Source: a virus. Taken from it: DNA of 64,000 bases. The translations under genes and the position numbers were made by a program. Under the pieces are notes generated by a model, which saw nothing but the letters and a program-made list of their open reading frames with translations, was not told the origin of the DNA and did no database searches. Shown here one piece after another: positions 52,169-62,305 of this stretch. Position 1 is the first letter of the stretch, and each line of letters opens with the position of its first letter. The stretch spans positions 132,898 through 196,897 of the IMG/VR virus record IMGVR_UViG_3300016657_000126, one strand, 5' to 3'.

Positions 52169-53623
52169 TCAGCTGTCAACGGTTGCGCGTCCGAAGTTGT
52201 GACCAACGAAAATCGCTTCACGCGCTTCGCTGTCGTCAGAACCGAGGAAGCGCTGCATATCGTGCAGCGCGGAAAGTTTGTAGAGACCGTAGCAGTGGGC
52301 GAGCAGAGTGGCCGACTTTGAAACCTGCTCATCCGTATCCAGAGTTGGGATACTGAAATCGACAGTCGCCGCCGCCTTCACTCCGCGCGCGGCCACGGGT
52401 CCGGCCATGCAGTGGTATTTCTCGACGAGGCGATCGAGCACCGGTTGAAGGGCATCGTCCTTGCAGCCGCCGACGTCCATGAGGTCCATCGCGCCGGCGG
52501 AGAACTCGTCGGGCGCCAGGCACGCGTTCATCATCGTGCGGAAGATGTGCGGGAGCATCGACGCGGCCTTCTGCACCGCGGCCTGCTTCATGATCTCCGC
52601 GCGCGGCAGCCCGGAGACGTAGCAGGCGAACTCGGGAAGCGGGAGAAGGCAGGCGCGCTTGGCCAAATGCGCGAAGAGCGCGGCGGGGCGCTGCTGGCGC
52701 AGCACATCGATCTCGTGGTCGGAGAGCTCGCCGCTCATACCGGCCACGGCGTGCGAGGCGATGGCGCGCTCCGCGCTGGCCGACTTCACACCATGCTCGA
52801 ACTCCGCCTCGATGGCGGCGAGACGCGAGAGAAGGGCGCCGCGCGCGAAGTCGCCGAGCAGCGGGTCGCTCGGGAGATCGACGCCCTCGAACTGAGCCCA
52901 CTCGGCGCCGGTGATAACGGAGTTGGCGCTGGCAGCCTTCGCCATCTCGTCGGAGCCGAAGCGGTATTGGAGATAGTGCGCAATGCGGTCGGCCGGGCGC
53001 TCGACGTTGGAGAGATCGAAGAACGTCGGGTTCGGGTTGAACACGAAGGCGTATTTCTGGAACTCGGGAACATACTGGTTCCGCTGCTCCGTCATGTGCT
53101 CGCAGTATTCCGCGGGGCTCTTCGCCCGGTTACGGCAGCAGTTGCAGATGTCCTCCGGCACGCGCGCGGACATGGAGCATGACAGCTCGCGACCGGCGCG
53201 GGCGCGCTCGTATTCGGACGCAGCCTTCTTCTTGTGACCCCAGACAAAGATCTCAACACGGTCCATCTTCGGGTCGAAGCGCGCGGCTTTGATCTGTCCG
53301 ATGGCTTGCTTCGGGTCGCGGTTGCGGTGCTCGCGGAAGTAGTGCCCGTGCGAGACGAACGTGCTCGCACGCTTCTGCAGCCAGTAGCGCTCCCACGCGT
53401 CGGCGTTGCGGTTCGGCCCGTAGGACTCGTGCGCACCCATGCCGACGTAAAGCACGCCGAAGTGATCCTTGTCGGGGATCAGACCGCGCAGCTCGTCCTC
53501 CTGGAACGCCGACGTTGAGGCCGCTTTTACCAGGTTGTCGTGCTCGATGAGTTGAGCTAGCTGCCCCTCGCAGGCGCGCAGCAAAGTTTCCTGGCTGTCG
53601 GCGTAGTGGATCTTGGAGAACAT
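52169..53623 (-). CDS. Prohead maturation protease
   Basis: NRNADAW, FREHRN (His), SCSMSA (Ser), CNCC...YCEH, FFDLSNVERPAD; HK97/herpes-type layout. Confidence 0.8.
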   Translation of the reverse strand: MFSKIHYADSQETLLRACEGQLAQLIEHDNLVKAASTSAFQEDELRGLIPDKDHFGVLYVGMGAHESYGPNRNADAWERYWLQKRASTFVSHGHYFREHRNRDPKQAIGQIKAARFDPKMDRVEIFVWGHKKKAASEYERARAGRELSCSMSARVPEDICNCCRNRAKSPAEYCEHMTEQRNQYVPEFQKYAFVFNPNPTFFDLSNVERPADRIAHYLQYRFGSDEMAKAASANSVITGAEWAQFEGVDLPSDPLLGDFARGALLSRLAAIEAEFEHGVKSASAERAIASHAVAGMSGELSDHEIDVLRQQRPAALFAHLAKRACLLPLPEFACYVSGLPRAEIMKQAAVQKAASMLPHIFRTMMNACLAPDEFSAGAMDLMDVGGCKDDALQPVLDRLVEKYHCMAGPVAARGVKAAATVDFSIPTLDTDEQVSKSATLLAHCYGLYKLSALHDMQRFLGSDDSEAREAIFVGHNFGRATVDS

Positions 53624-53635
53624 GCGGAGAGCGGT

Positions 53636-54925
53636 TTAGTTTTGACCAAGCTTATCGGAAGCGAACTGGAGAGTCTTGTTGCCGGCGTTGGCCGCGGCGT
53701 TGACGAGTTCGGGAGTGAAGAGACCAGCGCCCGCGATGAGCGCACCGGGCCAGCCGGCGAGGCGCGAACTACCCGGGCGCGTGAGGCGTTCCTTCCAGAG
53801 CTCGCCCTCACCCGCGAGCGTGCGAAGCATGTTCGGGTTCTCATGCGAGCCGCGGCCACTGGTGTCGAGGAACGCGGGGTTGATGCCCGCGTCGGTCAGC
53901 TGCTTTTTGCCGAGCGGGATGTAGCCCTTGAGTTTGCCGCCGCCGGCCTCTTCGCCGCGCATGAGCATCTGCATGTATTCGCGCACCGACATCTGGCCGG
54001 CTTCGGCCTTGCTTCCGCCGAGCGTGTCGGGGTCGCGCACCAGACGGCGGAGAGCCTCTTGCACGGACATCGGGCCCTTACCCTCGAACCGGAGCTTGCC
54101 GTTGTTCGTCTGGGTGCCGGTCTGCGCTCCGAAATACTGCGTGAGGGAGAAAGGATAGGGTTTGCCGCCCTGACCGCCGCCATTGCCGAGGCGTTGCTCG
54201 CGGTCGATTAGGCGCGCCACCAGATTCTGGGCAGAAGCGCTTTCGCCGCGCATACCTTTGTGCGCGAGACGGCCGGCGATAGCCGCGCCAGGCGCGACGC
54301 GCAGTAGACCCTCGCCAGTGCGCGAGATCGGGTCACCGTGGTCGTTTTTCGGGAGTGCCGTCTGGAGATTGCGCACCGCGAGACCGCCGGCGCCGACCGC
54401 GCCACCAGCCATGAGGCTTGTGATAATGGCGTTGCGGAGAATCCGCTTCCTCCGAGAAGCCCGATCCTCGCCATCGCGCTTGGGAGCGAGCGCGGTGAGC
54501 GTTCCGCCGGCGGCGGCGCCAAGAAGACCGCTGCCGAGCACGGCCTGCATGAGCGGGCTACCTTTCAGCGCGGCGAGGCCCTGCTCGGTCAGCTTGCCGG
54601 GCTGGCTGTGCTTCAGCTGATCGGTGATGGAGGCGGAGGCAATTTTCAGAACAGGCATGGCGGAAGCGTATTTGAAGGTGGGATTTTTGATGGCCTGGTA
54701 GGCGTGGACGGCGGTCAGCGCGCCCGCGCCGCCGGTGAGCGCGCCGCGCAGCATGTTCTTTCGAACGCGTCGATCATACTCCGCCTGTCCGACATCGCGC
54801 GGGTCCAGGCTGAAGTAGACGTTGGCGGACTCGCCGATGCCGCCCAGCAGCGCGCCCGCCAGAGTGGCGGACAGCGCCGGGTGACGTGTGATCAGCTCGC
54901 GGAGAGAGCGCTCGAGGGAGCTCAC
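53636..54925 (-). CDS. Probable internal virion protein with glycine-zipper helices
   Basis: Two related GALLGG...RR/RK..N.L..AL.GG units separated by KYAS/KIAS. Confidence 0.6.
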   Translation of the reverse strand: MSSLERSLRELITRHPALSATLAGALLGGIGESANVYFSLDPRDVGQAEYDRRVRKNMLRGALTGGAGALTAVHAYQAIKNPTFKYASAMPVLKIASASITDQLKHSQPGKLTEQGLAALKGSPLMQAVLGSGLLGAAAGGTLTALAPKRDGEDRASRRKRILRNAIITSLMAGGAVGAGGLAVRNLQTALPKNDHGDPISRTGEGLLRVAPGAAIAGRLAHKGMRGESASAQNLVARLIDREQRLGNGGGQGGKPYPFSLTQYFGAQTGTQTNNGKLRFEGKGPMSVQEALRRLVRDPDTLGGSKAEAGQMSVREYMQMLMRGEEAGGGKLKGYIPLGKKQLTDAGINPAFLDTSGRGSHENPNMLRTLAGEGELWKERLTRPGSSRLAGWPGALIAGAGLFTPELVNAAANAGNKTLQFASDKLGQN

Positions 54926-55293
54926 TGGATGGGGAGGTTGTAGGCGGTGACGACGCGACCGATCGGGCCCGGGCTGAGAGCGACGACCGTGTTCAGCGCG
55001 GTGACGATACGACCCTGGATCTCGACGGCCCAGGCTTCCGCCTGCAGCGCCGCATCCGCGTTTCCGTCGAGTTGAAACGTCTGCACGAAACGGCTGTCGG
55101 TGGGAACGCGGCGCTGGTTGGTCGGCAGCGTAAACGTGGCGTCGCCGACGCCGTATTCAAACGTGCCACCGAGGTCCACGGTCACATCACCGAACTGCTG
55201 GATGCGCGTGCGCTCCAGCTCGGTCATGTCCTGAACGCTTACCTCGGCGCGGTAGACGCGACCGATGAGCTTTACTTCGCGGATGAGGTTCAT
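54922..55293 (-). CDS. Hypothetical virion protein
   Basis: 123 aa, coupled on both sides. Confidence 0.65.
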   Translation of the reverse strand: MNLIREVKLIGRVYRAEVSVQDMTELERTRIQQFGDVTVDLGGTFEYGVGDATFTLPTNQRRVPTDSRFVQTFQLDGNADAALQAEAWAVEIQGRIVTALNTVVALSPGPIGRVVTAYNLPIQ

Positions 55294-56738
55294 GTGCGGT
55301 CCCCGTTGCTACCACCCGCGGGGGCGGGTTGCAACTTTCGCTCCAGGTCGGCGAGTTCTTTGAGAGTGTGGATGGGCACGCCGCCATATTGGACGGCTTC
55401 GCGGAGAACCAGACGAAGCATGTTCTTGTCGCGCGCGATCGACGGCGCGGCTTGCATGATCGTCGCGGCCAAGGACTCGACGGTGTCGGGCGCGGCCTTG
55501 GAGATCACCGGATCGGACACCTGGAGCTGCTGGAGCGCCGCGGACACGGAGTCGCGATAAACCGCGCGATCCGTCTTGTCGGCGATCTGCGCGTCGGTCT
55601 TGCCGAGCCCGAGCGACACGAGCTCGCGCTGCGCGTCGGGGAAGTGCTCCTGCACGATCTTGGCGAGCTCGAGGGAGCGGTTGCCCACACCCTGCTGCAT
55701 TTCGAGGATGTGTCCAGCGATGTCCTTGGCGTCCATCGGCGTCTTGCTTCCGTTGGTCAGGGAGTAGACGTCGCGGTCGAGCTGCTCCGGAGAGCCCTCG
55801 TCATCGTCGGGCTTTGTAGCGCCGGAGGATGCGCCCTGAGTCTTCTGTTCGGCGGAGCGCTGCGATTCGATGTCGGCGTCGGTTTTCGTTTCCGGCTCCT
55901 TTTCCATCAACGCACCCAAGCGCGCGCTCTTCTCGACGAGCAACGCGCGCGCGGCCGAGATCATGCAGAGGTTGTCCCAGGCGGCGACGAGCGTGCCAGC
56001 CTGCCCGGTGTGGTCAGTAGCGAAAGCCGAAGCGCTCTTGCAGCGCTCAACCGGCTGCCCGAGGCGCTCGGAAGCGTGTGTGGCGACCATCTCGATGAAC
56101 GCGCGCTTCTCGGCTTCGTCGCCGACGGCCAGACCGAGGAAGTCGCGCTCGACGCGCGCAAACAGTTCGGGCTCGGCATACGCCGCGCCGAAGTTGCGCT
56201 CGATGAACTCCGCGACCTTCACGGTGCAGTCGTCGGAGGCGCCGTGACCGATCTCGGTGAGGAACTCGGCCTCTTGGCGGAGCGAAGCAACCTCGTCGCG
56301 CCATGCGCGATGCTCGAGGAGTTTTTCGTAGTGGGTCGGCGCGGCGCCGGTGGCGGCGGAAGCCTGCTTGGTTTGTGCGAAAGACGCACCCTTCTCCATG
56401 TCCCAGCTGATCACGGGGACGCGATCGAGAGCCGCGGAGCGCGGGGCGGAACGGGCGGCGGGCGAGGCCAGCGAAGCAGCCTCCTTGCGGAGAGTGGAGT
56501 AGCGGGAGAGCACGTCAGCCGGGTCGACGAGCGCGAACGCGCGTCCGCGGTCGGACGCGTATTTGTTCATCACGGTGACCGTCTTGGCGGCGTTGAAGAT
56601 CTGGCACAGACGCTCGAGCTGAGCCGCGCTCATGTCGTCTTGCATGGCGCGCTTGAGCAGCACTCCCTCCGCGTCGCCCGTGCGCACAACCTCGGGCAGA
56701 ACAGCGTTCAGCGTCTGAAGGATATCCCTGTGATTCAT
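55290..56738 (-). CDS. Probable head core protein (K-x-A rich)
   Basis: From MNHRDIL; about 10 K-x-A motifs; LQVSDPVIS...AAPSIARD C-terminus. Confidence 0.65.
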   Translation of the reverse strand: MNHRDILQTLNAVLPEVVRTGDAEGVLLKRAMQDDMSAAQLERLCQIFNAAKTVTVMNKYASDRGRAFALVDPADVLSRYSTLRKEAASLASPAARSAPRSAALDRVPVISWDMEKGASFAQTKQASAATGAAPTHYEKLLEHRAWRDEVASLRQEAEFLTEIGHGASDDCTVKVAEFIERNFGAAYAEPELFARVERDFLGLAVGDEAEKRAFIEMVATHASERLGQPVERCKSASAFATDHTGQAGTLVAAWDNLCMISAARALLVEKSARLGALMEKEPETKTDADIESQRSAEQKTQGASSGATKPDDDEGSPEQLDRDVYSLTNGSKTPMDAKDIAGHILEMQQGVGNRSLELAKIVQEHFPDAQRELVSLGLGKTDAQIADKTDRAVYRDSVSAALQQLQVSDPVISKAAPDTVESLAATIMQAAPSIARDKNMLRLVLREAVQYGGVPIHTLKELADLERKLQPAPAGGSNGDRT

Positions 56739-56786
56739 GGTTGGCACAAATAAACGATGTGCCAAAAACCGAGGCAAGTGTCGCCG

Positions 56787-57776
56787 CTAGGCGTCCTTTT
56801 TCTTCGGCTTGAATACAGGCACTCCGGCGCGCGCCGCGGCGTCTGACGCAGGGTCTCCTTGAAGTCCCTTCTTCGGCAGGCTCTCGGTGATGTCGATGGT
56901 CTTCGCCTCGAGCTGACGCAGCTCGGCGGCGCGGCGCATCTCGCCACGGAGGAAGCCGGCGACGCCGGGTAGATCGTCATCGAGCCCGGCGCCTTGCTCG
57001 GTGCCGCCCATCTTGCTCGCCGCGATTAGTCCGACCGCCGAGCGGATTGCGGGAACCGCGCGCTGGTTGATGAAGCCGTTGCGCGCCAAAAACGAACCCT
57101 GCGCCAGTATCACTCCCTCGAGGTCCTTGGCCGACAGGTTTCCAGTCTTTCGCGAGGACTGAATGGCGTAGGCCGGAAAGCCGGCAAAATGGAGAACATC
57201 ATCGAGACCGAAATTGTAGCCAGCGCGACGGATGAGCATCCGCGTCTCCTCCGAGTTCATGTAGTCCTCGATCATTTCCACCTGGCGACCTTCTGGATAC
57301 ACCTGACTCGCTAGGTATGGTAGATCCTTCATGCGATCGCGCACGTTGAAGAAGCTTTTCTCGTATAGACGAATCGCTTCTTCAGGCATCCCGAAGTATC
57401 CGGCGATCTTCTGGAAATCGGTGTCACGCGCCAGCAGCATGCCTTCCAGCACACTCTTTTCCTGTCGCATGTGCGGTGTTACAAACGCGAGCGCCTGTTG
57501 CGTCACCAAGTCGGGTTTTGCTCCGCGCAGGAAGCAATACATGCGAAATAAGATCAGATCATCGCCGTCGAACCACGCGGGAAAAGGAAGAGCCGCGCTT
57601 GCCAGAGAACGGAGTGCGTCAAAACCGAACCGCGCGCTTTTGTAGCTCTGCGTGAAACGCGCCACGCCTGCGCTTCGGATGCCCGTCTCGGAATAAATGT
57701 CGAACGCGTCGTTCGGTGGAACGAGATCGTAGGCAGCCAAGTAACGGGAAAGTTGTTCTACGCGTTCAGCGGTCAC
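56787..57776 (-). CDS. HTH-containing protein, possible small terminase
   Basis: TDFQKIAGYFGMPEEAIRLYEKSFF HTH-like segment; function is a guess. Confidence 0.5.
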   Translation of the reverse strand: MTAERVEQLSRYLAAYDLVPPNDAFDIYSETGIRSAGVARFTQSYKSARFGFDALRSLASAALPFPAWFDGDDLILFRMYCFLRGAKPDLVTQQALAFVTPHMRQEKSVLEGMLLARDTDFQKIAGYFGMPEEAIRLYEKSFFNVRDRMKDLPYLASQVYPEGRQVEMIEDYMNSEETRMLIRRAGYNFGLDDVLHFAGFPAYAIQSSRKTGNLSAKDLEGVILAQGSFLARNGFINQRAVPAIRSAVGLIAASKMGGTEQGAGLDDDLPGVAGFLRGEMRRAAELRQLEAKTIDITESLPKKGLQGDPASDAAARAGVPVFKPKKKDA

Positions 57777-57809
57777 GAACAGGATGAAGCAAGAACGCCC
57801 GATGTGCGC

Positions 57810-57841
57810 AAAAGAAAAAGCCCCAGGTGTCCCTGGGGCTT
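57810..57841 (-). terminator. Intrinsic terminator
   Basis: AAGCCCCAGG-GACA-CCTGGGGCTT then TTTCTTTT. Confidence 0.8.
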
Positions 57842-57862
57842 ATCACATCCACTGACCCAAGA

Positions 57863-60259
57863 TCAAAGCGGGAGCGGAGCAGCAAGCGGGTCGGTGTCGG
57901 GGGTCGCCTGGCTGAGCTTCAACCAGAGATCACCGGTCGCCTTGAACTGCGAGAGCAGCTCCATCTCCAACTGCGGAAGATCGTCCTCGCCGTAGGCCTT
58001 CTTGAAGTCCTCGGGTTTCCAATAGAAGAGGAAGAGCGCGCGGCCCATGGCGTCGATGGCCTCCTCGATCTTCGGCAGCATCTTGGCGATGATCGCCGAG
58101 CTCTGGTAGGCGGAGGCCAGCGCCCCGACCACGCCGACCTCGAACAGCTTCGGAACCTTGAGCTCGGCGCCAATGGAGGCCAGTTGCCCGGGCGCGGCGG
58201 AGAGCAGGATCTCCTCGGGTAGCGTGTCCAACTGCTGTGGCTCCTGCTCCATGTTGCGCGGCTTCTCCGGCTGCAGGTTGGCGTGGTCACCAATGCGGTC
58301 GCCGGGGACGTAGTTGCGCTGTTGTTGCGTGGGGATGGTCCACTCCTGTTCGGGCTGGCGAATAACGCCGAAGTCCGCGTCGGTCTCCTCGCGGAAAACC
58401 GGCTCGTTCATCAACCGCACGGCGTAGGCCTGCTTGCCCTCGGTGTGGAACCAGAACTTCACGGAGCCTGCGGAGGCCGCCTTCGTCAGCAGCTCCTCGG
58501 CGGAGTCGGCGGGCAGCGCGAGACGCGTGGCGAGCGCCACAGCCGCCTGCTTGCGCTTCGCCTCACCATGGGCCTGGCCCTCGATGCTCAGCGAGAAGAA
58601 GCCCGCGTCGTGGCGCAGCTCCGCGTGGCGGCAGGCCGACTTGCGCAACTCGGCAGTGAGGTCCTTGCGACCAACAACGAAGAAACCCTTGGTGTCGCCA
58701 AACGCCCGGGAGGAGCACGGCTCGTCCTTCCGACGCTCGGGCAGCGGCTCGGTGTCGATGGCGATGAACCGGGCGCAGCAGCCAAGGACGCCGTCGACGC
58801 TCGCCTTCGTGTCGGGATTGCAGCGCAGCAGCCGCGTCTCGTTCTCCGAATCCCAGCGGCGGCGGACGGTGAGCGAGACCAGGCCCTGATCGTCGGTGGC
58901 CTTCGACACCAGCATGAAGGGCTCGGTGAACACCTCGTTGTTGTCGACCAGCATGTAGACCTTGCCGGTCTCAATGTCCTCCGACGTGTAGAGGCCATCG
59001 CACACGTCCTTGTTCGAATCGACTTCCGCGACCAGCGTGTCGACGCCCGTGAGCATCTGGCTCATCTTGGCCTTCGCGTCGGTCGTGAAGCAGTAGAAGT
59101 CGGGATCATGCGCGTGATCGTAGGACGAGCCGCAGCAGCCGTGGGCCGCGAGGGTGACCTCGCCGGAGCGGATGAAGTCGTAGAGCGAGCGGTCGGAGCG
59201 GACGAACGCGCGCACCTCCACCTTGTCGCCCTTCTCGTCGAGCACCTTGTGGATGCCGGGGCGGCAGAGCGTGGTCAGGCGGTCGACCTCGTCGACAATC
59301 GCCGGCTTCAGATCGCGGCGCTTGTCGAGCAGATCGTAGCCGCGGGACGCCGCCTCATCGCGCTTGGATGCGCTGGCGCTCTTGTCGAAGAGCACGGCCT
59401 CCGCCGGCCGCAGCTCCAGCGTCTCCTCGCCGAAGAAGGCGGCCGCCAACTTCGTGTTGCCGATGTCGTTGGCCACCGCCGCCTGGTAGGCGAGCTCACG
59501 CAGCGCGCGCTGCTCGGCCGCCGACGCCCGCTTCGACAGGCCGCGCAAAGTGGTCTCGACCGCCACGTCCACCGGGTAGGGCGAACCGTCGATGCCCAGC
59601 ATCGCCTTCGTCAGGCGCGCCTCGCACGCGGCGCCAAACTCCGGCACGCTCTCCATCAGCGCCGCCAGCTTCTCCAGGGCGAACGAGCCGCCCTTGTTCT
59701 GCATGAAGTCGGCAAGCACGCCGGTGGGGAAGGCGAACTTGGTGAGCATGTCGGCGAACGCTGCCTTCGTCTCGGCCGACGCCTGCTTGTAGGTGGGCGG
59801 CGGATACGCGATCCGCTCCACATGCAAGGCCTGCGGCTGACGCCGGGCGAACGAACGATCAACGCCCCCGCCCAACTCGTTCTTCGTCAGCGACACCAGC
59901 CGACGCACAATCTTCTCGTCCATCGGCAAAAACCGCTTCACGCGATGCCGATACAACAAATCCGTCCCCTTGATGTCGCCGTTCAGAAAGAACACCGGGG
60001 CATAGAGGAGTTCGCTCCCGGTGCGGAACGCGAACACACCCAACAGCCGCGTGTTCGTCTCGTTCTTCGACACAATCTCGAACCCCAACTGGTGCTGCGG
60101 CTCCATCAACATCCCGGCCTTGTTCGCCACCGACTGATACGCCGTCTCCATGAACGCGCGCTCTACCTGGTCGTTGGAGGTATTTGTCGGATCCGGAGCG
60201 CCGGCGGCGGCCGCGGCATTTTTGCGCCAGTCGAAATCGGAGATTTGCATCATGGACAA
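57863..60259 (-). CDS. Large head-associated protein (798 aa, K-x-A rich)
   Basis: Biased codons, more than 10 K-x-A motifs, own terminator. Confidence 0.7.
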   Translation of the reverse strand: MSMMQISDFDWRKNAAAAAGAPDPTNTSNDQVERAFMETAYQSVANKAGMLMEPQHQLGFEIVSKNETNTRLLGVFAFRTGSELLYAPVFFLNGDIKGTDLLYRHRVKRFLPMDEKIVRRLVSLTKNELGGGVDRSFARRQPQALHVERIAYPPPTYKQASAETKAAFADMLTKFAFPTGVLADFMQNKGGSFALEKLAALMESVPEFGAACEARLTKAMLGIDGSPYPVDVAVETTLRGLSKRASAAEQRALRELAYQAAVANDIGNTKLAAAFFGEETLELRPAEAVLFDKSASASKRDEAASRGYDLLDKRRDLKPAIVDEVDRLTTLCRPGIHKVLDEKGDKVEVRAFVRSDRSLYDFIRSGEVTLAAHGCCGSSYDHAHDPDFYCFTTDAKAKMSQMLTGVDTLVAEVDSNKDVCDGLYTSEDIETGKVYMLVDNNEVFTEPFMLVSKATDDQGLVSLTVRRRWDSENETRLLRCNPDTKASVDGVLGCCARFIAIDTEPLPERRKDEPCSSRAFGDTKGFFVVGRKDLTAELRKSACRHAELRHDAGFFSLSIEGQAHGEAKRKQAAVALATRLALPADSAEELLTKAASAGSVKFWFHTEGKQAYAVRLMNEPVFREETDADFGVIRQPEQEWTIPTQQQRNYVPGDRIGDHANLQPEKPRNMEQEPQQLDTLPEEILLSAAPGQLASIGAELKVPKLFEVGVVGALASAYQSSAIIAKMLPKIEEAIDAMGRALFLFYWKPEDFKKAYGEDDLPQLEMELLSQFKATGDLWLKLSQATPDTDPLAAPLPL

Positions 60260-60295
60260 AGTAAAGGACAGGCTACACCCGCGCGTAAAGCGTGC

Positions 60296-61669
60296 TCAGG
60301 GCACTTTGTATCCGAGAGCTTTTTGAATGCGTGAGTCGGACTTCGAGACGAAGTCGTTGTAAAGTTTGTCGGAGTTGAAAGCGCGGTCCCAGCCGCCGGC
60401 GCGATCTTGATATTGCTTCCAGGCGGTCAGCGCCTGCGCAGCGCCCTCCGCCTGATTTCCACCGAGGGCGGCGCCGGCGAAGGCGGGGAGCGAACCCCAC
60501 TGCAGCGCATTGCCGAACATGTTGCCGAGCGTGCCGGCGCCGCCGCCTTGGTAGACCCAACGCGGGAAGCGTTCCATCATCCGACCGTTCCAGCCGGCGA
60601 GGCGCTTACCCCAAGCGCGGTTGCGCCCCAACCAAGCAAGCCCGGTCGATGGGACACCCACAACCGGGTTGAGGAAGGGCTCGGCGAATCCGCGAAGAAA
60701 ACGACCGCCGGCGCCGATGGCGGCGCGGGCGAACGCCTGCTTGGCGAGCGGAGGATGCCAAGCAGGCGGACCGAAGTTGGTGTAGTCCTGGGTCAGAAAG
60801 TTTGGCGCTGGGCGCGGAGCGGCGTTGCGCATTCCAGGGAAGCGCGGGAGGCGCGCGGGCGTCGGGCGCTGATCGGGAGCGGTCGCGAAGGGTGATGCCA
60901 GCGCCTCGATACCGCGGTCGCCGAATAGCCCGCGACCCACGGAGCTCAGTCCCTGCACCGCGGCGCCGCCGGCCCCACGGAGCACACTGGGCTCATTCCA
61001 CCAACTCTTCAGGGCGTCGAGCTTCTGACCGCCCCAGTTGGCGAGCTGCCCGGCAGCCACACCGGGCGCCTCGAGCACGTTCCGCGCGGCGCCTCCGAGC
61101 ACACCAATCGCGCCGTAGTCCTGCGAGATCGGAGTGAAGCCGCTGGCCCAGTCTGGCATGTTGGACGGCTGCTCGCCGAAGCGCACCTTGGAGATGCGCC
61201 GGCGTTGCTCGCGCTCGGCGGGCGACATGACAGGAGCGGCAGGAGCGGCGGGCGCCGGCGCGGCGGGGGCTTGGCGCGCAGCTTCGTATTGCTGCTGCGA
61301 CTGCAGCGCCGCGTTGTAGCGGTTGATCGCGGCGACCGTTTCCGGAGAGTCCTGCGGACCCGCGACCATCGGCTGACCAGGTGCCGGCGAAGGCTGCGCG
61401 GGCGCGGCGGGCGCTACGGCGGGTGCCGCTGCGGCGGGCGCCGCTGCGGCGGGCGCGGCAGGGGCTGCAGCAGTCGTTGGTGCGGCAGGGGCTGCAGCAG
61501 TCGTTGGTGCGGCAGGTGCTGGTGCGGCGGGCGCCGGAGGCGTGGCGGGTTTGGGAGCCGCGGCGGGCGGCTTGGGGGCCGCCGTGCGTTGAGCCGCGGG
61601 CGAGGAAGTGGGCGCCGTCGGATTGGCCCCACTTCCAGCCGCCTTCAGGAAGTGAAGGATAGCGGGCAT
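60296..61669 (-). CDS. Pro/Ala- and Gly-rich probable internal virion protein
   Basis: From MPAILHFLKAA; PAAP linker; KQAF. Confidence 0.6.
   Translation of the reverse strand: MPAILHFLKAAGSGANPTAPTSSPAAQRTAAPKPPAAAPKPATPPAPAAPAPAAPTTAAAPAAPTTAAAPAAPAAAAPAAAAPAVAPAAPAQPSPAPGQPMVAGPQDSPETVAAINRYNAALQSQQQYEAARQAPAAPAPAAPAAPVMSPAEREQRRRISKVRFGEQPSNMPDWASGFTPISQDYGAIGVLGGAARNVLEAPGVAAGQLANWGGQKLDALKSWWNEPSVLRGAGGAAVQGLSSVGRGLFGDRGIEALASPFATAPDQRPTPARLPRFPGMRNAAPRPAPNFLTQDYTNFGPPAWHPPLAKQAFARAAIGAGGRFLRGFAEPFLNPVVGVPSTGLAWLGRNRAWGKRLAGWNGRMMERFPRWVYQGGGAGTLGNMFGNALQWGSLPAFAGAALGGNQAEGAAQALTAWKQYQDRAGGWDRAFNSDKLYNDFVSKSDSRIQKALGYKVP
61455..61516. repeat. 27-bp in-frame tandem duplication
   Basis: GCGGCAGGGGCTGCAGCAGTCGTTGGT x2 plus partial copy, encoding the PTTAAAPAA repeat. 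Confidence 0.9.
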
Positions 61670-61673
61670 TCGG

Positions 61674-62258
61674 TTAGCGACCGAGGGCTTGGGCGAGCTG
61701 GGCAAGGGCCATTTCCTGGTAGCGCTGGCCGGCGCCGGACGGGTTGAAGAGGTAGGCAAGACGCTCGCCGAAGCCGGCGTTGGCGAGATGCCCTGCGGTC
61801 ATGTCGATCGCACTGCGCGCGCCCATCTCAGCGCCCTCGCGCATCACGCGAGGCTTGGTTCCGAACTGCGTGTAGAGCTCGTTGGCGCCACCGAGCGCAG
61901 CAGCCGCGCCAAGCGGCATGCGGTGCTTGAAGAGTCCGGCGCCGGCGCGCACGGCCCAGTCACCGTCGGCTATGCGTTTGGAGGCGAGCGCGGTGATGTT
62001 GGGCGCCTTACCGATGCCTTTGGCGGCCGCCTCAGTGAGGGGGCTGGAGATCTGGCTGAGACCGCCGGCCGAAGGACGGAAATGGCTCATGCCCTGCACG
62101 CCACGTTCGAGAGCGCGCCCGGCTCCCCAACCGATTTTGAGACGGCGAAACAAGGACGGCACGGCGCGTCCTACGGTTTTGGCCGCGGCTCCGGCAGCAG
62201 CGCCGTAGGCGGACTTCTGCATCATGTTTTGGGTTAGGATGTGTGCGACGGCAGGCAT
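61674..62258 (-). CDS. Gly/Ala-rich basic probable internal virion protein
   Basis: 194 aa, N-terminal MMQKSAY. Confidence 0.6.
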   Translation of the reverse strand: MPAVAHILTQNMMQKSAYGAAAGAAAKTVGRAVPSLFRRLKIGWGAGRALERGVQGMSHFRPSAGGLSQISSPLTEAAAKGIGKAPNITALASKRIADGDWAVRAGAGLFKHRMPLGAAAALGGANELYTQFGTKPRVMREGAEMGARSAIDMTAGHLANAGFGERLAYLFNPSGAGQRYQEMALAQLAQALGR

Positions 62259-62305
62259 GGGAGTGATGTTCTAAATTCGATGTTATTTGCGCAACGGAGT
62301 AAAAA

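Noticed and set aside
57863-60259. Portal protein call for the 798-aa gene
   Set aside because: No portal-like features recognised; dense K-x-A motifs suggest a processed core protein.
37282-60334. Long plus-strand ORFs (e.g. 37282-38895, 50927-52135, 55329-56753, 58283-60334)
   Set aside because: Expected antisense open frames opposite high-GC, codon-biased genes; no recognisable motifs.
61380-61620. GCGGCG-rich repeats as a non-coding array
   Set aside because: Explained by an in-frame Pro/Ala linker.
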